A stretch of DNA of 64,000 nucleotides from Nitrospirota bacterium. GTDB lineage: Bacteria > Nitrospirota > UBA9217. A program made the translations under genes and the position numbers. Location: positions 544,001-608,000 of the forward strand of contig CAWJQQ010000001.1 of assembly GCA_963845065.1 (NCBI GenBank). The letters are read 5' to 3'. Shown one piece after another: positions 52,148 through 63,720 of the stretch. The first letter of the stretch is position 1; each line of letters starts with the position of its first letter. The notes below the pieces were generated by a model, which saw only the letters and a program-made list of their open reading frames with translations, was not told the DNA's origin and did not search any database.

Positions 52148-54334
52148 TCATACCAAGAGCAACCCCTGTATCCGCAGGGTTTTCCATTCTTTGGACCTCA
52201 GAAAAATATCGAAAGAAGAATTAAATTGTTTCTCATAATTATTTTTAAGTTCATTAAGCAGCATCGGTTCTGCATTATAAACGGAAAATCTCTCAAACAC
52301 CTTATTCAACCACTCACCAGTTTCCGTATTCACGTTCAGAGCAAAACTGTTCGTTTTCTTATAAAAGACCAACTTGCCTTTTCCCTTCCCTTTTGGACCT
52401 TTTCGCTCCCATTGGGGCCGATTTTCGAGCCACAGTACTCTCGATTGCAGCCTGTCTTTATCAGAACCTTGTCCCTCATCGATCAACTGCTCCACGTAAT
52501 TTCTTTTTATTGAAACAGGGGGCACTTTAAATTCGAACCACTCCCTGACTGGAAAATCCGTCCCAATACCGTGCATAAAGTTGTAGACAGCTTTGTTCAA
52601 TCCATCCGCGAAAAGCTTGTGGTCGCACCCGCTAGGATCTTCGTGCATGAGATCGTTCCTGGCGAACTTGTTGCCCTGTTCGTCGATTATCATGGACTTA
52701 TATTTCGCAGGATTTTTTCCTATATCGCTATGCACTGTAGCCGTAAACCTGTGCCAGAAGACAGATTGTACAAGCCCGTTCTTAAAAAACTGGCGTACGA
52801 TCTCCAAGCTGTCAATCGTTTCCTGTTCTGTTTGTGTTGGGAAAGCGTACATAAGATATGCGTGGACCATGATACCTGCAGTCGCAAAGTTTTGGCACAC
52901 CTGGGCAGCCTGACGAATAGTGATGCCTTTATTCATGAGCTTCAAAAGCCTGTCCGAAGCGGTTTCGAGACCTCCGGTCACGGCAATGCAGCCCGAAGCT
53001 GCCAGATGCCTGCAAACATCCTGGGTAAAAGCATTTTCAAAACGAATGTTTCCCCACCAGGAGATGTTTATGCCTCTCCTCAGCAGCTCCAGAGCAAGTT
53101 CTCTCAGCAATACAGGCGGCGCAGCTTCGTCTACAAAATGAAAACCGGTCTGTCCCGTCTGGGCGATCAATTGCTCGATCCTGTCTACTAGCACAGCAGC
53201 AGGTGCGCTGTCAAATCGTTTTATATAATCGAGGCTCGTGTCGCAGAACGAGCACTTGTGCCAGTAACAGCCATGAGCTATCGTGATCTTGTTCCATCTA
53301 CCGTCCGACCAGAGCCGGTGCATAGGGTTTGCCATCTCGATCAGAGAAAGATATTTATCCAGGGGAAGGTCGGAATAATCCGGGCAACCTATCTCGGCAT
53401 GAGAAAAATCATTTTCCCCACTATCGATATATTTCACTTCGCCTGCAATCCGGACAAAGGTCCTCGTAAGACCACTTTGGTCTATTTTGCCTTCGAGGCA
53501 TTTTAAAATATTTACAAAAGGACGTTCGCCGTCATCCAGGGTGATGTAATCCAGATAATTAAAGACCGCTGGTTCCGAAAGTTCGCGAAGTTCAGTAGTA
53601 ACGAACCCTCCTCCTGCAATGACCTTAATGCGCGCAAAATTCTTCTTTATGAATTGACCGCACTTGAGCGCGGCAAAGAAATTTCCGGGAAAGGGGATGG
53701 TAATGCCAACTATATCAGGACGATGATCTTCAAGGTATTTCTTCAGCAGTTCCAGCAGCCACGTGTCAATGAGGGTATCGGGCCCGAGCAAGGCGGCATC
53801 GATGGGAGAAAAAGAGTGGGCCGACATGCCAAGTTTCTCGGCATAACGGGTAAAACCGAAATAGGGGGTGACTGCCTCTTTGATAAGATCGCCGATGTCC
53901 TCGATATAAAGTGTGGCGAAGAACCGGGCCTTATCATTCACACCGATGTTCCCGAATGACCACTCGAGATCGGGCAATTGATCGAACCGAAAAGCCCTCG
54001 GCAAAAAGTGCTCATTACACAAGGCTTGGACAAGGGTGTTGTCGCGGTACTGCAAAAAATTTATTACCTGCTCAATGGTTTGGAGATAATAACGTTCATT
54101 CCGTATGATCCGGAGTGCATTCTGGGAAAGTTGGCCGCCCTTCTTTTTGACAAGATCGAAAAGCTTTTGGAATCCGTCCCGCGAAAATATCCTATTGATC
54201 AGCTCAATGCTTAGGTCAGCCTGAAATACGTCATAGCCGAATTGATTCAAAAAGCCCTTTAAATAAGGTGTTGCCGGATAGGGGGTGTTCAGCTGGGTAA
54301 ACGGCGGAGTAACGAGAAGAATCTTGAGAGGCAT
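52148..54334 (-). CDS. B12-binding-domain radical SAM protein
   Basis: PPFTQLNTPYPA; HGCYWHKCSFCD (CxxxCxxC); FVDEA. Confidence 0.9.
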   Translation of the reverse strand: MPLKILLVTPPFTQLNTPYPATPYLKGFLNQFGYDVFQADLSIELINRIFSRDGFQKLFDLVKKKGGQLSQNALRIIRNERYYLQTIEQVINFLQYRDNTLVQALCNEHFLPRAFRFDQLPDLEWSFGNIGVNDKARFFATLYIEDIGDLIKEAVTPYFGFTRYAEKLGMSAHSFSPIDAALLGPDTLIDTWLLELLKKYLEDHRPDIVGITIPFPGNFFAALKCGQFIKKNFARIKVIAGGGFVTTELRELSEPAVFNYLDYITLDDGERPFVNILKCLEGKIDQSGLTRTFVRIAGEVKYIDSGENDFSHAEIGCPDYSDLPLDKYLSLIEMANPMHRLWSDGRWNKITIAHGCYWHKCSFCDTSLDYIKRFDSAPAAVLVDRIEQLIAQTGQTGFHFVDEAAPPVLLRELALELLRRGINISWWGNIRFENAFTQDVCRHLAASGCIAVTGGLETASDRLLKLMNKGITIRQAAQVCQNFATAGIMVHAYLMYAFPTQTEQETIDSLEIVRQFFKNGLVQSVFWHRFTATVHSDIGKNPAKYKSMIIDEQGNKFARNDLMHEDPSGCDHKLFADGLNKAVYNFMHGIGTDFPVREWFEFKVPPVSIKRNYVEQLIDEGQGSDKDRLQSRVLWLENRPQWERKGPKGKGKGKLVFYKKTNSFALNVNTETGEWLNKVFERFSVYNAEPMLLNELKNNYEKQFNSSFDIFLRSKEWKTLRIQGLLLV

Positions 54335-54524
54335 AAGCTATTATACTCCTAACCATAGCACGACACTATTTTTCTGACAACCTATGTCTCGGATCAATCG
54401 CTACAAGCAGACGATGTCATGCTCGTCAATAATTCTGAAATTTAAAAAAGGCGAGGGTAACGTTTTTTTTATGAAAAGTGGGATTTCAACAATCGAAACT
54501 GTTGTGGACTATAGGATGAATTCA

Positions 54525-54866
54525 TTAAGCTTCGCCAATCCCGCCATCGACCGAGTCGACCACAATCTTTTCTGCCACGTCAAGAACCTTTTCCGCTGCC
54601 TGCTCAATAACCTCATCACACGTTTTTGCTTTAGACAGAATAAAATAACCATGTTTTTCCAGAAAGTCGATTATTTGCTCGTGTTTGATTTTATGTTCAT
54701 CGAAATGAATTAATGCACTACCTGTAACAGAGTTGGTTTCTACCGACGTTATCCCTTCCAAACCCTGGATAGACTTTTCAAACGTCGCCTCATTCTGCGG
54801 ACTACCGTGGATGAATGGCGTTTGTATTCTTAATCTGCCGGGGACATAATGATAATAATAATCCAT
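54525..54866 (-). CDS. HMA2-like domain protein
   Basis: HYVPGRLRI...GITSVETNSVTGSALIHFD; RBS GAGGAG. Confidence 0.8.
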   Translation of the reverse strand: MDYYYHYVPGRLRIQTPFIHGSPQNEATFEKSIQGLEGITSVETNSVTGSALIHFDEHKIKHEQIIDFLEKHGYFILSKAKTCDEVIEQAAEKVLDVAEKIVVDSVDGGIGEA

Positions 54867-55060
54867 GTTATTCTCCTCATGATAATTTCCGATTGAAACT
54901 TCAGTGTTTGATAAAAAAGCCTGCAGAATTAGACAGGGAGCATTCATCAAACAATGAGCTGACTAGCTTGTCTGGTTGAGAGATTGATTGAGAGGCCATC
55001 ATGCCGCGTGTGAGCATGGAAGAACATCCTTTTTGATATTAGATTGAAGCCGATCACAGA

Positions 55061-55299
55061 CTATTTCATATCATAGCGAGACTGTAGATTCAGCCAAAAT
55101 TGGTCTTCCAGAGCGAAAAAATGGCTAAGGCGCAGCGTGTCAGCAGAAATTATGCGACGACCAGGCGCGATCTCAATAATTCGGCGCACAGTTACACCAA
55201 TGTCTTTGGAAAGCTTGTACTGGCTAATTCCTAGAGGTTCCAAAAAGCGTTAACTAGGATTTCCCCCTGGTGGATTGGAGCAAAATCACGCTTTTTCAT
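55061..55299 (-). pseudogene. higA: HigA antitoxin, degraded
   Basis: PIH.GEIL...LEPLGISQYKLSKDIGV...ISADT.LRL..FF...FWLNLQSRYD. Confidence 0.75.
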
Positions 55300-55313
55300 G
55301 TTTTTCTCACCTC

Positions 55314-55593
55314 TCAATAGTAATTACCGATTTCGACATCAAAGGCATCGCTGCCCTTCCATGTAAAGCAAATCCGCCACTGTTTAACGATAGGGATGCT
55401 GTACTGATCCTTACTGTTACCATGCAATTCCTCCAGATGGTTAGACGGTGGCACACGCAGATTTTCAAGAACCGACACAATTTATGATCTCAAGCTTCAA
55501 TGTGGCAGTGCGCTGAATTGCCCGCGGTAACTTGGCGGAAAACTGACCGCGATAAAATTTATCGGTTACTCTGCCTTTGAAGGACTTGATCAC
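55314..55593 (-). pseudogene. higB: HigB (RelE/ParE-family) toxin, frameshifted
   Basis: MIKSFK...KLPRAIQRTA / LRVPPSNHLEEL.G..KDQYSI....QWRICFTW....AFDVEI. Confidence 0.75.
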
Positions 55594-55923
55594 TGAGATA
55601 TATTATCTCAATTGGAAATATCGTCAAGAGATATTATTCGATTGTAACTTGTACTATGGTCTGAAAATGGTTATCGTGTAAACTTCAGTAAGGCCATCAC
55701 ACCAGAAGTTACACCGGAATTATTCACATCAATTAAAATAAAATTTCTGCAAGAAACAACTACTAGTGCGAATCACCTCTTGGTAAAAAAAAATGTAAAA
55801 CCAGTTGACACTTGCAACGTCTATGTGGGCGGATTAAAATGGTAAAAAAAGGAGGGAACTATGTCGAGAAAAATAATCCAAAACAGAGCATTGAATATTT
55901 GGATCATATGAGGTTTAACGATT

Positions 55924-56892
55924 TTAATCTTTTCGTAGAACTCCCTGGCTACCGCAAAGGTTTTTCCTTAGCTGTTTAACAAGTGGCATGGCTAAGGAAG
56001 AATCTTTGGCTCTGACAACACCGAATACGTATTGGCCTGCCTGCTCAACAAACACATTTCCATACAATGGGTCCACGGCTTTCAGGAAGATTCGGTCCGG
56101 CATCTCCGTCACAGGAATGTCTTTTTTAGATGTTTTCAGGTATGAGCGGTACTGATCAAAGGCCTTGCGCGCCGCATCCCGGGAATCCTCAAGCACTATA
56201 AATATCTGAACTGTTTTTCCTTCTACAATGGCGTCAGCCATAAGGCCCCGGCGGAAAAAGTCATACCCCAGTAGGCTCTGGGCCAAATACCGCTCGCTCT
56301 TCTTTACCACGTCAGTCGCAGAAAAGGCGTCAAGTTCTTTCGGCTTAGCCACGCTCTGCGGGAGATTCTTTGCTATGGCTCGGGCGCAATCAAGAAGGAG
56401 GTCCTGTCCCAGGCTTGTGGCCCCCGTGACCTGCAGCTGCACAAAGTACTTGTCCTGATAGAAAAAAACCTGGGACGGCGAGACTATTCCTTCGGCACCG
56501 ACGACGATGTCAATACTGTCCTTTTTGCGGTAGTTTGCGAACATCCCGAAAGCGTCGAGCAGCGAACCCATGGCGTAGACGTCCGCATCAATCGCAATAT
56601 TCGGACTCTTTTTGCTATCATAGCGGGCGTAGGCGAGCACGGTAAACCCGTAAGGGAAATAAAGTTCAGCTTCGCCGTCGATCCGGTCGGAGAGGGCGTC
56701 CTTGTCAAAGAGGGTCACCTTCCCGTCCATGGCCCATCCTTCGGTGCAAGATGGCGCGGGCAGGAATTTCTCCATGCCACTCTGTGCTTGTGCAGCGGGG
56801 ACTGATGTGAAGAGTATGATTATGATGATCAGGAAGAGAAACGATTGCTGTTTTGAATATTTGACTTTTATTTGAATTTTGAGCGTTGACAT
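55924..56892 (-). CDS. Secreted DUF6599-like protein
   Basis: Signal peptide; LSDRIDGEAELY..YGF, DVYAMGS..DAFGMF. Confidence 0.7.
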   Translation of the reverse strand: MSTLKIQIKVKYSKQQSFLFLIIIIILFTSVPAAQAQSGMEKFLPAPSCTEGWAMDGKVTLFDKDALSDRIDGEAELYFPYGFTVLAYARYDSKKSPNIAIDADVYAMGSLLDAFGMFANYRKKDSIDIVVGAEGIVSPSQVFFYQDKYFVQLQVTGATSLGQDLLLDCARAIAKNLPQSVAKPKELDAFSATDVVKKSERYLAQSLLGYDFFRRGLMADAIVEGKTVQIFIVLEDSRDAARKAFDQYRSYLKTSKKDIPVTEMPDRIFLKAVDPLYGNVFVEQAGQYVFGVVRAKDSSLAMPLVKQLRKNLCGSQGVLRKD

Positions 56893-56945
56893 TTGTCATT
56901 TCCCTCTGTAATCTCTGTATCCTCTGTAACGAACGGTTTCTACGG

Positions 56946-58124
56946 TTACGCCAATACATTTCTTGCCCGCTCCATCCGCGCCGCAATGTTCATCCCCCGG
57001 ACGCATGAGGCGATGCAGACCTGACAGTCCAAGCACGCAGCGGCATTGGCTCGCTGCGGAATCTCGCGGTACGTTGACCGCGCAAGCTCGTAGTTCCGGT
57101 ACCCTTCCATATACATTAGTGAACGGTTGATCGTACTGATATCCACGCTCTTTGGGCAGGTGCTCTCGCAGATTCCGCAGAGGTCGCAGTAGTACGACTG
57201 CACAGCGGCATGGTATTGATGCAGGATGTGGACATCGGCACGCTTGAGCTGCATCCCCATGACTGCAATATTCTCCTTGAAATGGGCCAGATTTTTCATG
57301 CCAGGGATAGCCATTGTGACATTGGGGTTCTGGAGGACCCATTTAAGTGCAGCTTGGTGAGGGCTGATAGAATCAAGTTGCCCCGGCTTGTACCCACCCG
57401 CCTGCGTCTTCATCGCAATGATTCCAACGCCCGTCTTGGCTAACCGCGCTATAACTTCACCAATCTCCGGGCTGCTTTCAAAATTATAGGCCACCAGCGC
57501 CGTGTCGAAAAAAAGGTCCTTGTCATCCACCAGGGCGTTCAGGACCTCAGGTTGGTTCTTGTGTGTGGTCACCCCAAAAAAACGCACCTTGCCCTGCTCT
57601 CTCAGTCTGGTGAGAGCCTCCCGTGTTTCCGGAATGAATACGCGCTCTTTGTCGGTAAGACTATGAAGTTGGATTACATCAACATAATCGGTATCGAGTG
57701 CCTCGAGGCTGGTTTCAACATCCCTGATAATTTCCTCTTTGGACCGCGAAGTGGGCAGCGTCTTTGTAGCCACATACACCTTATCACGCCTACCTTTGAG
57801 TGCTTTGCCTACGATTTCTTCGTTCTTGCCGTCCATATATTTCCGCGCTGTGTCAACGTAGTTGACCCCGTGATCGAAAGCGATCTTTAAAAGTTCGGGC
57901 TCGGGCACTAGCATTGCACCAAAGCTGACAACCATGATCTTCAATCCTGTTCTGCCGAGTGTTCGGTAAACAGGCGAAGGAAAGGTAAAGGACTCTCGTG
58001 ATACCGCATTCTGCAAGGCCTCGGCAAGGGCATTCCCCTCAATAAAGGCCGTGGTAGTCCCCACCAGACCAGCCTTTAAGAACTCCATCCTGTTCATTAC
58101 AGAAAACCTCTTTTTTATATTCAT
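56946..58124 (-). CDS. Aldo/keto reductase with C-terminal 4Fe-4S dicluster
   Basis: YRTLGRTGL, YVDTARKY, IIAMK; CDLCGICESTCP and CLDCQVCIASC. Confidence 0.9.
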   Translation of the reverse strand: MNIKKRFSVMNRMEFLKAGLVGTTTAFIEGNALAEALQNAVSRESFTFPSPVYRTLGRTGLKIMVVSFGAMLVPEPELLKIAFDHGVNYVDTARKYMDGKNEEIVGKALKGRRDKVYVATKTLPTSRSKEEIIRDVETSLEALDTDYVDVIQLHSLTDKERVFIPETREALTRLREQGKVRFFGVTTHKNQPEVLNALVDDKDLFFDTALVAYNFESSPEIGEVIARLAKTGVGIIAMKTQAGGYKPGQLDSISPHQAALKWVLQNPNVTMAIPGMKNLAHFKENIAVMGMQLKRADVHILHQYHAAVQSYYCDLCGICESTCPKSVDISTINRSLMYMEGYRNYELARSTYREIPQRANAAACLDCQVCIASCVRGMNIAARMERARNVLA

Positions 58125-58789
58125 GGCGACCTCCTTATGAATATGTGACAACGGTCAGATCAATCATGTGTTAAATCTTTCATGCACTAGATACTATGTA
58201 ATTTCGATGAGTTGAAATAATTGAGGATTACTGGCTCTAAATACATATTATGCGAAGCACAGCAGAAGCATATCATACTTTGTATTAATTGGAAATAATG
58301 TTATTAAGAAAGGAAAACACACGATATAGACTGAAATTTTAGCAAGAACGCTGCACGTCACAACCCATGCTGAACTCGAACGAGTAGTCTATATATAAAT
58401 AAAACAAGATGTTTTCTGCATATGCTTCAGCCTAGAGCGTGTCCATGATTCTGGACGTGCATCGCACTTCGAGTTACGAATCGATATTCGTCACTTCAAT
58501 CAATTCAGTATCTCTATAAGAAACATCTACAAGTCTGCACTGCCAAGTTCAGAATAGATTCAGCTATTTGATCTAACCTCCACGGTCGGTAATCCCTATC
58601 AACTTCGAGCAGCAATTAATTTTCTTTTTATAAATTAATAGGTATCACAATCTTCCCGCTCTGGGAAGTTTAACTATGCTCACTATTAATATTAACGACA
58701 ACAAGGGGAAGAACGCAAATTAACCACAGAAGCCTTATCATTTCGAATTTCTCAAATCCCGGAGACAGCCCCTCGGTCTATTTTGATAA

Positions 58790-60661
58790 TTATACTTGCT
58801 CATTATTTCTACGAGTGCTCCTTGCCCGTCTATAGACTGCGATTCCTACGAGCAGACAAAATAAAAGAATGACAAGCAAAGGATACTCGATGAAATAAAT
58901 AACCGGAGCTAGCGAAATCCTTGTAAATACTCTGAGTACCTCGTTATCCCTTATGAGTTGTGCCATCAATGGTGAATATCGATAGTAGACCTTGACAAAT
59001 TCTCTTCCGGGCGTGTTTGTCAAGAGATATTTGTCTCTAAATATTCTTAACGTAACAACGTGCGGATCCAGGGATGAGCCAAAGGCTGCCGTAGCAATAA
59101 AACACCCTCCACCGCCCCCTCCGGCTGACACAGCAGTCGGTTGCGGAGGCTGCACACTACGATAGACATGCCACATGTCGTCGATGAATGTATATTGGGG
59201 GAACTCTCCTTGGAGCCAGTATCGGGTTTGGCCTTGTCGTTCCCAATCGGGGCTATAATCATACTCGCCATTTGTTTGTGCGTAGATCTCTGCAACCGCT
59301 TGGGTGTCGTCTTCGAACATCCAACGGTCAGCGTAATCAAAAAAAGCCGGGTGGTTCCAGATATTTTCCGCTTCCATAAGATGCATCGTCAAGGCTTCAC
59401 CGACCCAAGAGACCGATGTACAGCAGCGCCTATACGCTTCGCCCAATTGTTCTTGATTCGGCGGCGTGCCGTATAGGGGCCAATCCGCAGGCTGAAGCTG
59501 TTCATACGGACCGTATAACCCTGGGCTAACAGGAGTACCATCGCTATAAACGCCGTAGTGGCCTCCATAAACCACTTTCGCACCTTGCCAGGCCTGCTGG
59601 AAGTTACCCGCCGGAGGCAGCTCGTTGATATAGACTGTCTGCATGTCTTCTCCGAACTTGTCCGGGTACAAGGTCGAAACATTTTTCATGGATTCATTAT
59701 TCAATAAAATACCGGCAAATACGATCGGCATTTTTCTTCCGCTACGATGACCACCGAAGGCGGGCCACCCGTAGCCGGCTTGTACACACCCAAATAGGTC
59801 GATACCATATTGCACGAAGTAGTTCGTCAGATTTACTTTCGCATCTGGCGCAAAGTCAAGAGAGAGTAGCAGCCCCACATAGGAATCAGCAAAGGCAATA
59901 TGCTGACCGTAGCTTGGCATATATTCGGCCGGCACGTCGAAGAGAAACGGGTTCATGTCGATCCAGGGCCTCCGGAACCAACTTTCAAACTGTGATAATG
60001 GTGGAGTATTAGCAGAGTTCGGTGGTGCTAAAGAAGGTAAGAGATTTCTTTGCAGATTACTGCCGTAGTATATTGTCTGGCTTCGGTCACAGTAGGACGG
60101 TCGGAAGGCATCGGAAGGTACCGGCGCACTCAAAATCGTGAGGATAGAAACCGTTCTCACCGGGCTGATGTTCACATCCCCCGATCGCATCACTTCAGGG
60201 AGCGTATGAAGTTGAGACTGTGTCAGACTAATTGAAGAAACTAGAGAATCTCCCGTTTTCAAAACAATGGGGGGGTAGACCCTCCAATTGGCATTGAACC
60301 ACCACGATTCATCGACTCCGTCATTTAGCCGCTCGTCAAATCCGCTCTTGCTGTCAGGTGTAGGCAGATTTAATACCGAGCCGTTTTCGTATGGTGTCGA
60401 TGTAGTGGGAGGAGGATCGATAGCAGTCACAGTGACAGGACCGACGACATAATAGTCCCCGTTGATGAACTGGCCGACAGTCACCGATCGATCAAAGGTC
60501 CAAGTGATACCATCTTTGGTAACGCTGGTTTGTTGTGCCAAGCATAAAGAAGCTGGATAAACAAAGGACCCAATAAAAAGAAAGAGGGATAAGGGAACAA
60601 GATAAATATTAAAAATAAATCTTTCCGCCAGTTTGGTGACCCGTCGAACAAACATTATCAT
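58790..60661 (-). CDS. Secreted protein with CFI-box-CTERM sorting domain
   Basis: GITWTFD...[16 protein letters not shown]-terminus; [15 protein letters not shown]...LRIFRDKYL...YYRYSP plus TM tail. Confidence 0.8.
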   Translation of the reverse strand: MIMFVRRVTKLAERFIFNIYLVPLSLFLFIGSFVYPASLCLAQQTSVTKDGITWTFDRSVTVGQFINGDYYVVGPVTVTAIDPPPTTSTPYENGSVLNLPTPDSKSGFDERLNDGVDESWWFNANWRVYPPIVLKTGDSLVSSISLTQSQLHTLPEVMRSGDVNISPVRTVSILTILSAPVPSDAFRPSYCDRSQTIYYGSNLQRNLLPSLAPPNSANTPPLSQFESWFRRPWIDMNPFLFDVPAEYMPSYGQHIAFADSYVGLLLSLDFAPDAKVNLTNYFVQYGIDLFGCVQAGYGWPAFGGHRSGRKMPIVFAGILLNNESMKNVSTLYPDKFGEDMQTVYINELPPAGNFQQAWQGAKVVYGGHYGVYSDGTPVSPGLYGPYEQLQPADWPLYGTPPNQEQLGEAYRRCCTSVSWVGEALTMHLMEAENIWNHPAFFDYADRWMFEDDTQAVAEIYAQTNGEYDYSPDWERQGQTRYWLQGEFPQYTFIDDMWHVYRSVQPPQPTAVSAGGGGGGCFIATAAFGSSLDPHVVTLRIFRDKYLLTNTPGREFVKVYYRYSPLMAQLIRDNEVLRVFTRISLAPVIYFIEYPLLVILLFCLLVGIAVYRRARSTRRNNEQV

Positions 60662-60903
60662 AATTCTAACTCCATGACAACCGCCATCCTTGATCTCCTC
60701 CTCAACAACTTGCTGTACAATATGTTTCTGGGAGTTCGCTAATTCACAGGATGCTTTCCTCTTGTCTATCCCACTAAATCCTGATTAATCAGTTTCGTAA
60801 ATTTGGGATATAATCTACAGCAGTCAAGATATTCTTTGTTACACAGCATGGTCCGTACTTCAATCAGACGCAACTTTTATCGATTAGGATATTCGGCAAA
60901 AAC

Positions 60904-62247
60904 CTATGGACTGAGCGTGGAGAGGTGGTCCTTATAGGTCTGACCGTAAGCGCCGTTCGGGGTGCCGTTGTAATCTGAAATCAACGCGATTGAACTGCAT
61001 GACGACCCCCAGGTATCCCATACCCAGGCCAAGTAGCTACCGCCGTTATTATCAAGCCAACCCATCAGCGTGCTGATGAAAACGCCCTGACAGTCATCCT
61101 CACCGATCTCGGTGGTCACTACCGGCACCGCAGCTAGCACCGGTCCGGTGTTGCTGTTATAACAGCTCACATCTGCGCACATGTTGAAGTTGTAAACATG
61201 CCAAGCTGCCGCCAAGTTACCGAGCGGATCGTTGGGTTTGTATGAGAGCCAGCCTGTCAATGAATTCGAGTACTCCACCCCGCCGAGTAATATAATATTG
61301 GTCGCACCTGTGCTTCGAACCGCATTGACCAGTTCCTGCATACCGGCCACGGTATAGGTGATACCCGAGCAAATGCTCCCGTCACGCCAGCAGGTCCAGG
61401 CCGCCACCGTGTCCTGATTAGAGTCGGGGAAGGGCTCGTTGAAGAGCTCGAAAATAACCGAACTGTTGCCCTTAAACATTAGCGCCACTTGAGTCCAGAA
61501 CGTGGGGGAATGGTCTCGGTCCGGCATGGGCTGCTGAGAAACTGCTTGTGTGCTTCCAGGAGCTGACCAGTGAAGTTCAAGGATGGGGATCAGCCCCTGC
61601 TGGTTGATGGTGCTGACGTAGTCGGCGATGGCCAGCTGGTAGTTGGTGCCGCCATACTGGGACGATACACCATTGATGCCCAACCAACAGTCCTCGTTGA
61701 GGGGAATGCGTACGGCGTTTGCGTTCCATGATGTAATCGCCTGGATCGAAGCGACGTCATTTGGACCATCGAAGATGCCCCAACCCTGGATGCAAGCGTA
61801 CTCAGTGCCAGAGCGATTCACGCCATGAATGCGGACCTCCTTGCCACTAACGTTCTGAATCTGATTGCCCACCACGTGCAATCCGCCGATACCGCCACTG
61901 CCTGTAACCGTGTAGATGCCAGTCGCTACAGTGCTATCCGCGTCGCCGGAAGCCTGTGCGAAGGCCTTGAAGGTAGTGGTTACTCTGACAGTGATGGGGC
62001 CTGTATATAACATTGAAGCTGCACTTGGAGACGTACCATCGGTTGTATAGAAGATCGACGCTCCATTCGTCGCAGACGCAATTGTGACGGTCAACGCGCT
62101 GGAATAGATGTTCGGCAATGGGCTGAAGGTTGGGGTTGCTGTTGTTGGCCGTGAAGAGTCACTTCCTCCCGAGGATGTGCTACCACTCGAACAGGAAAAC
62201 AATATAACGAGAACGAGGAATAACGAAGATATTTGGAGCCTCTTCAT
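60904..62247 (-). CDS. GH5 (cellulase-family) glycoside hydrolase lipoprotein with chitobiase/Fn3-like domain
   Basis: LFSC lipobox; ATPTFSP...IFYTTDGTSP; VRIPLNE, FELFNEP (acid/base), HVY, TEIG (nucleophile). Confidence 0.9.
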   Translation of the reverse strand: MKRLQISSLFLVLVILFSCSSGSTSSGGSDSSRPTTATPTFSPLPNIYSSALTVTIASATNGASIFYTTDGTSPSAASMLYTGPITVRVTTTFKAFAQASGDADSTVATGIYTVTGSGGIGGLHVVGNQIQNVSGKEVRIHGVNRSGTEYACIQGWGIFDGPNDVASIQAITSWNANAVRIPLNEDCWLGINGVSSQYGGTNYQLAIADYVSTINQQGLIPILELHWSAPGSTQAVSQQPMPDRDHSPTFWTQVALMFKGNSSVIFELFNEPFPDSNQDTVAAWTCWRDGSICSGITYTVAGMQELVNAVRSTGATNIILLGGVEYSNSLTGWLSYKPNDPLGNLAAAWHVYNFNMCADVSCYNSNTGPVLAAVPVVTTEIGEDDCQGVFISTLMGWLDNNGGSYLAWVWDTWGSSCSSIALISDYNGTPNGAYGQTYKDHLSTLSP

Positions 62248-62815
62248 AAGACCCCTCTCTACAACGAACCCGAATACATTGTAAAGATCTTATTGCAGGC
62301 AGGCTTGATTATGCACTTTTATCATTAATGAATCTGTGATTTGACTCACACCTTGATTGGAGAGTCATAATAAGTACTCTGCACTTTATAAGAAATGTAA
62401 TTTATTAGGAAGAAGACATCACTGCAAACTATTGTAGGTACTCGTCAATGCCCCATGATTATAGCGATCTAAAGGGTGCGGGAGAGATGTTGCCTGAGAG
62501 GACTCCGGTTCATTGTCTTCCTGAAAGATGGCCAGCAGCGTTTGCCTTCATAAGGGATCTCCGTAAAGCAGGACGACTCTATTTTTTCTCTCAATTATCA
62601 TCCTGCTTTTCGTTCAGGTTAATTGCAGCTTCTTAGTAAATTGTCGCGGTGTCAACAGTCGGTATTGTACTATATGGATACCGTGCTCATTCAAAATCGG
62701 GACACTGTCGGCGTCTATTTAAGCATTGATAGGCTGCATATGCGGGTCAGCCGGCTACCTTGTAAATCAGCACTGCCCCACCTATGCCGCGCCGAATCGT
62801 TCCGACCACGCTACG

Positions 62816-63631
62816 TTACTTGGCGTTTGGAATAAACAAAGCATTGCCGTTCTTGTCCTTGAAAGCGGCGACAACATCCTGCCCTTCTTTGGAAATGATC
62901 CAGTTTACAAATTCCATTGCCTCTTTGAATTTCACCTCTTTGTACTTGACAGGGTTCACGGCCATAACGCCATACTGGTTGAACAGGGAAGGATCTCCCT
63001 CAAGAACGATGGCCATGTCCAGTTTTTCTTTGTCCTTTGTCGCCAGCCAGGTCCCCCTGTCCGTAAGTGTGTAGGCACGCTTCTCGTTGGCGATCCGCTG
63101 GGTCTTCTCCATACCCTGACCTGCATCAAGATACCATGGTCGGCCTTTTGGATCGATTCCCGCCTTCTTCCAGAGCGCAAGTTCCTTGGTGTTAGTGCCT
63201 GACCTGTCGCCCCGAGAGACGAAAGCAGAGCCAGTTTCGGCGATCTTCTTGAACGCGTCGACAGCCGACTTCATGCCCTTGATCTTCGCCGGATCGTTTG
63301 TCGAGCCGATGATGACAAAGTCATTGTACATCACGTCATGCCTATTCACGAAGTATCCCTCTTCAAGAGCCTTCAGTTCCTGCTCCTTTGCATGACAGAG
63401 GACCACGTCAGCATCGCCGCGCTTGCCGATTTCGATGGCTGCGCCGGTGCCCACGGCAACAACGTCGATCTTGATCCCGGTCTTTTTCTCAAAAATCGGC
63501 AGCAAATAGTCAAAGAGCCCGGAATTCTGCGTACTTGTGGTCGAAGCCATGCGGATACGCGTTTCTGCCGAAACTGCGGCTGCGCCACCTACAATGATCA
63601 ATAGCAATATCAGGCTGATTAACTTTTTCAT
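62816..63631 (-). CDS. tupA: Tungstate ABC transporter substrate-binding protein
   Basis: STTSTQNSGL, VGTGAA, FVSRGDRSGT..KE, YTLTDRGT. Confidence 0.88.
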   Translation of the reverse strand: MKKLISLILLLIIVGGAAAVSAETRIRMASTTSTQNSGLFDYLLPIFEKKTGIKIDVVAVGTGAAIEIGKRGDADVVLCHAKEQELKALEEGYFVNRHDVMYNDFVIIGSTNDPAKIKGMKSAVDAFKKIAETGSAFVSRGDRSGTNTKELALWKKAGIDPKGRPWYLDAGQGMEKTQRIANEKRAYTLTDRGTWLATKDKEKLDMAIVLEGDPSLFNQYGVMAVNPVKYKEVKFKEAMEFVNWIISKEGQDVVAAFKDKNGNALFIPNAK

Positions 63632-63720
63632 ATTCTCCTCCTAGTTAGTTCATTATTACAGGTTCTTCCCTTCCTGCGGATTGGGAGGAAAAGTGGTAAA
63701 GCGCATAGATAGTCCTTTTA

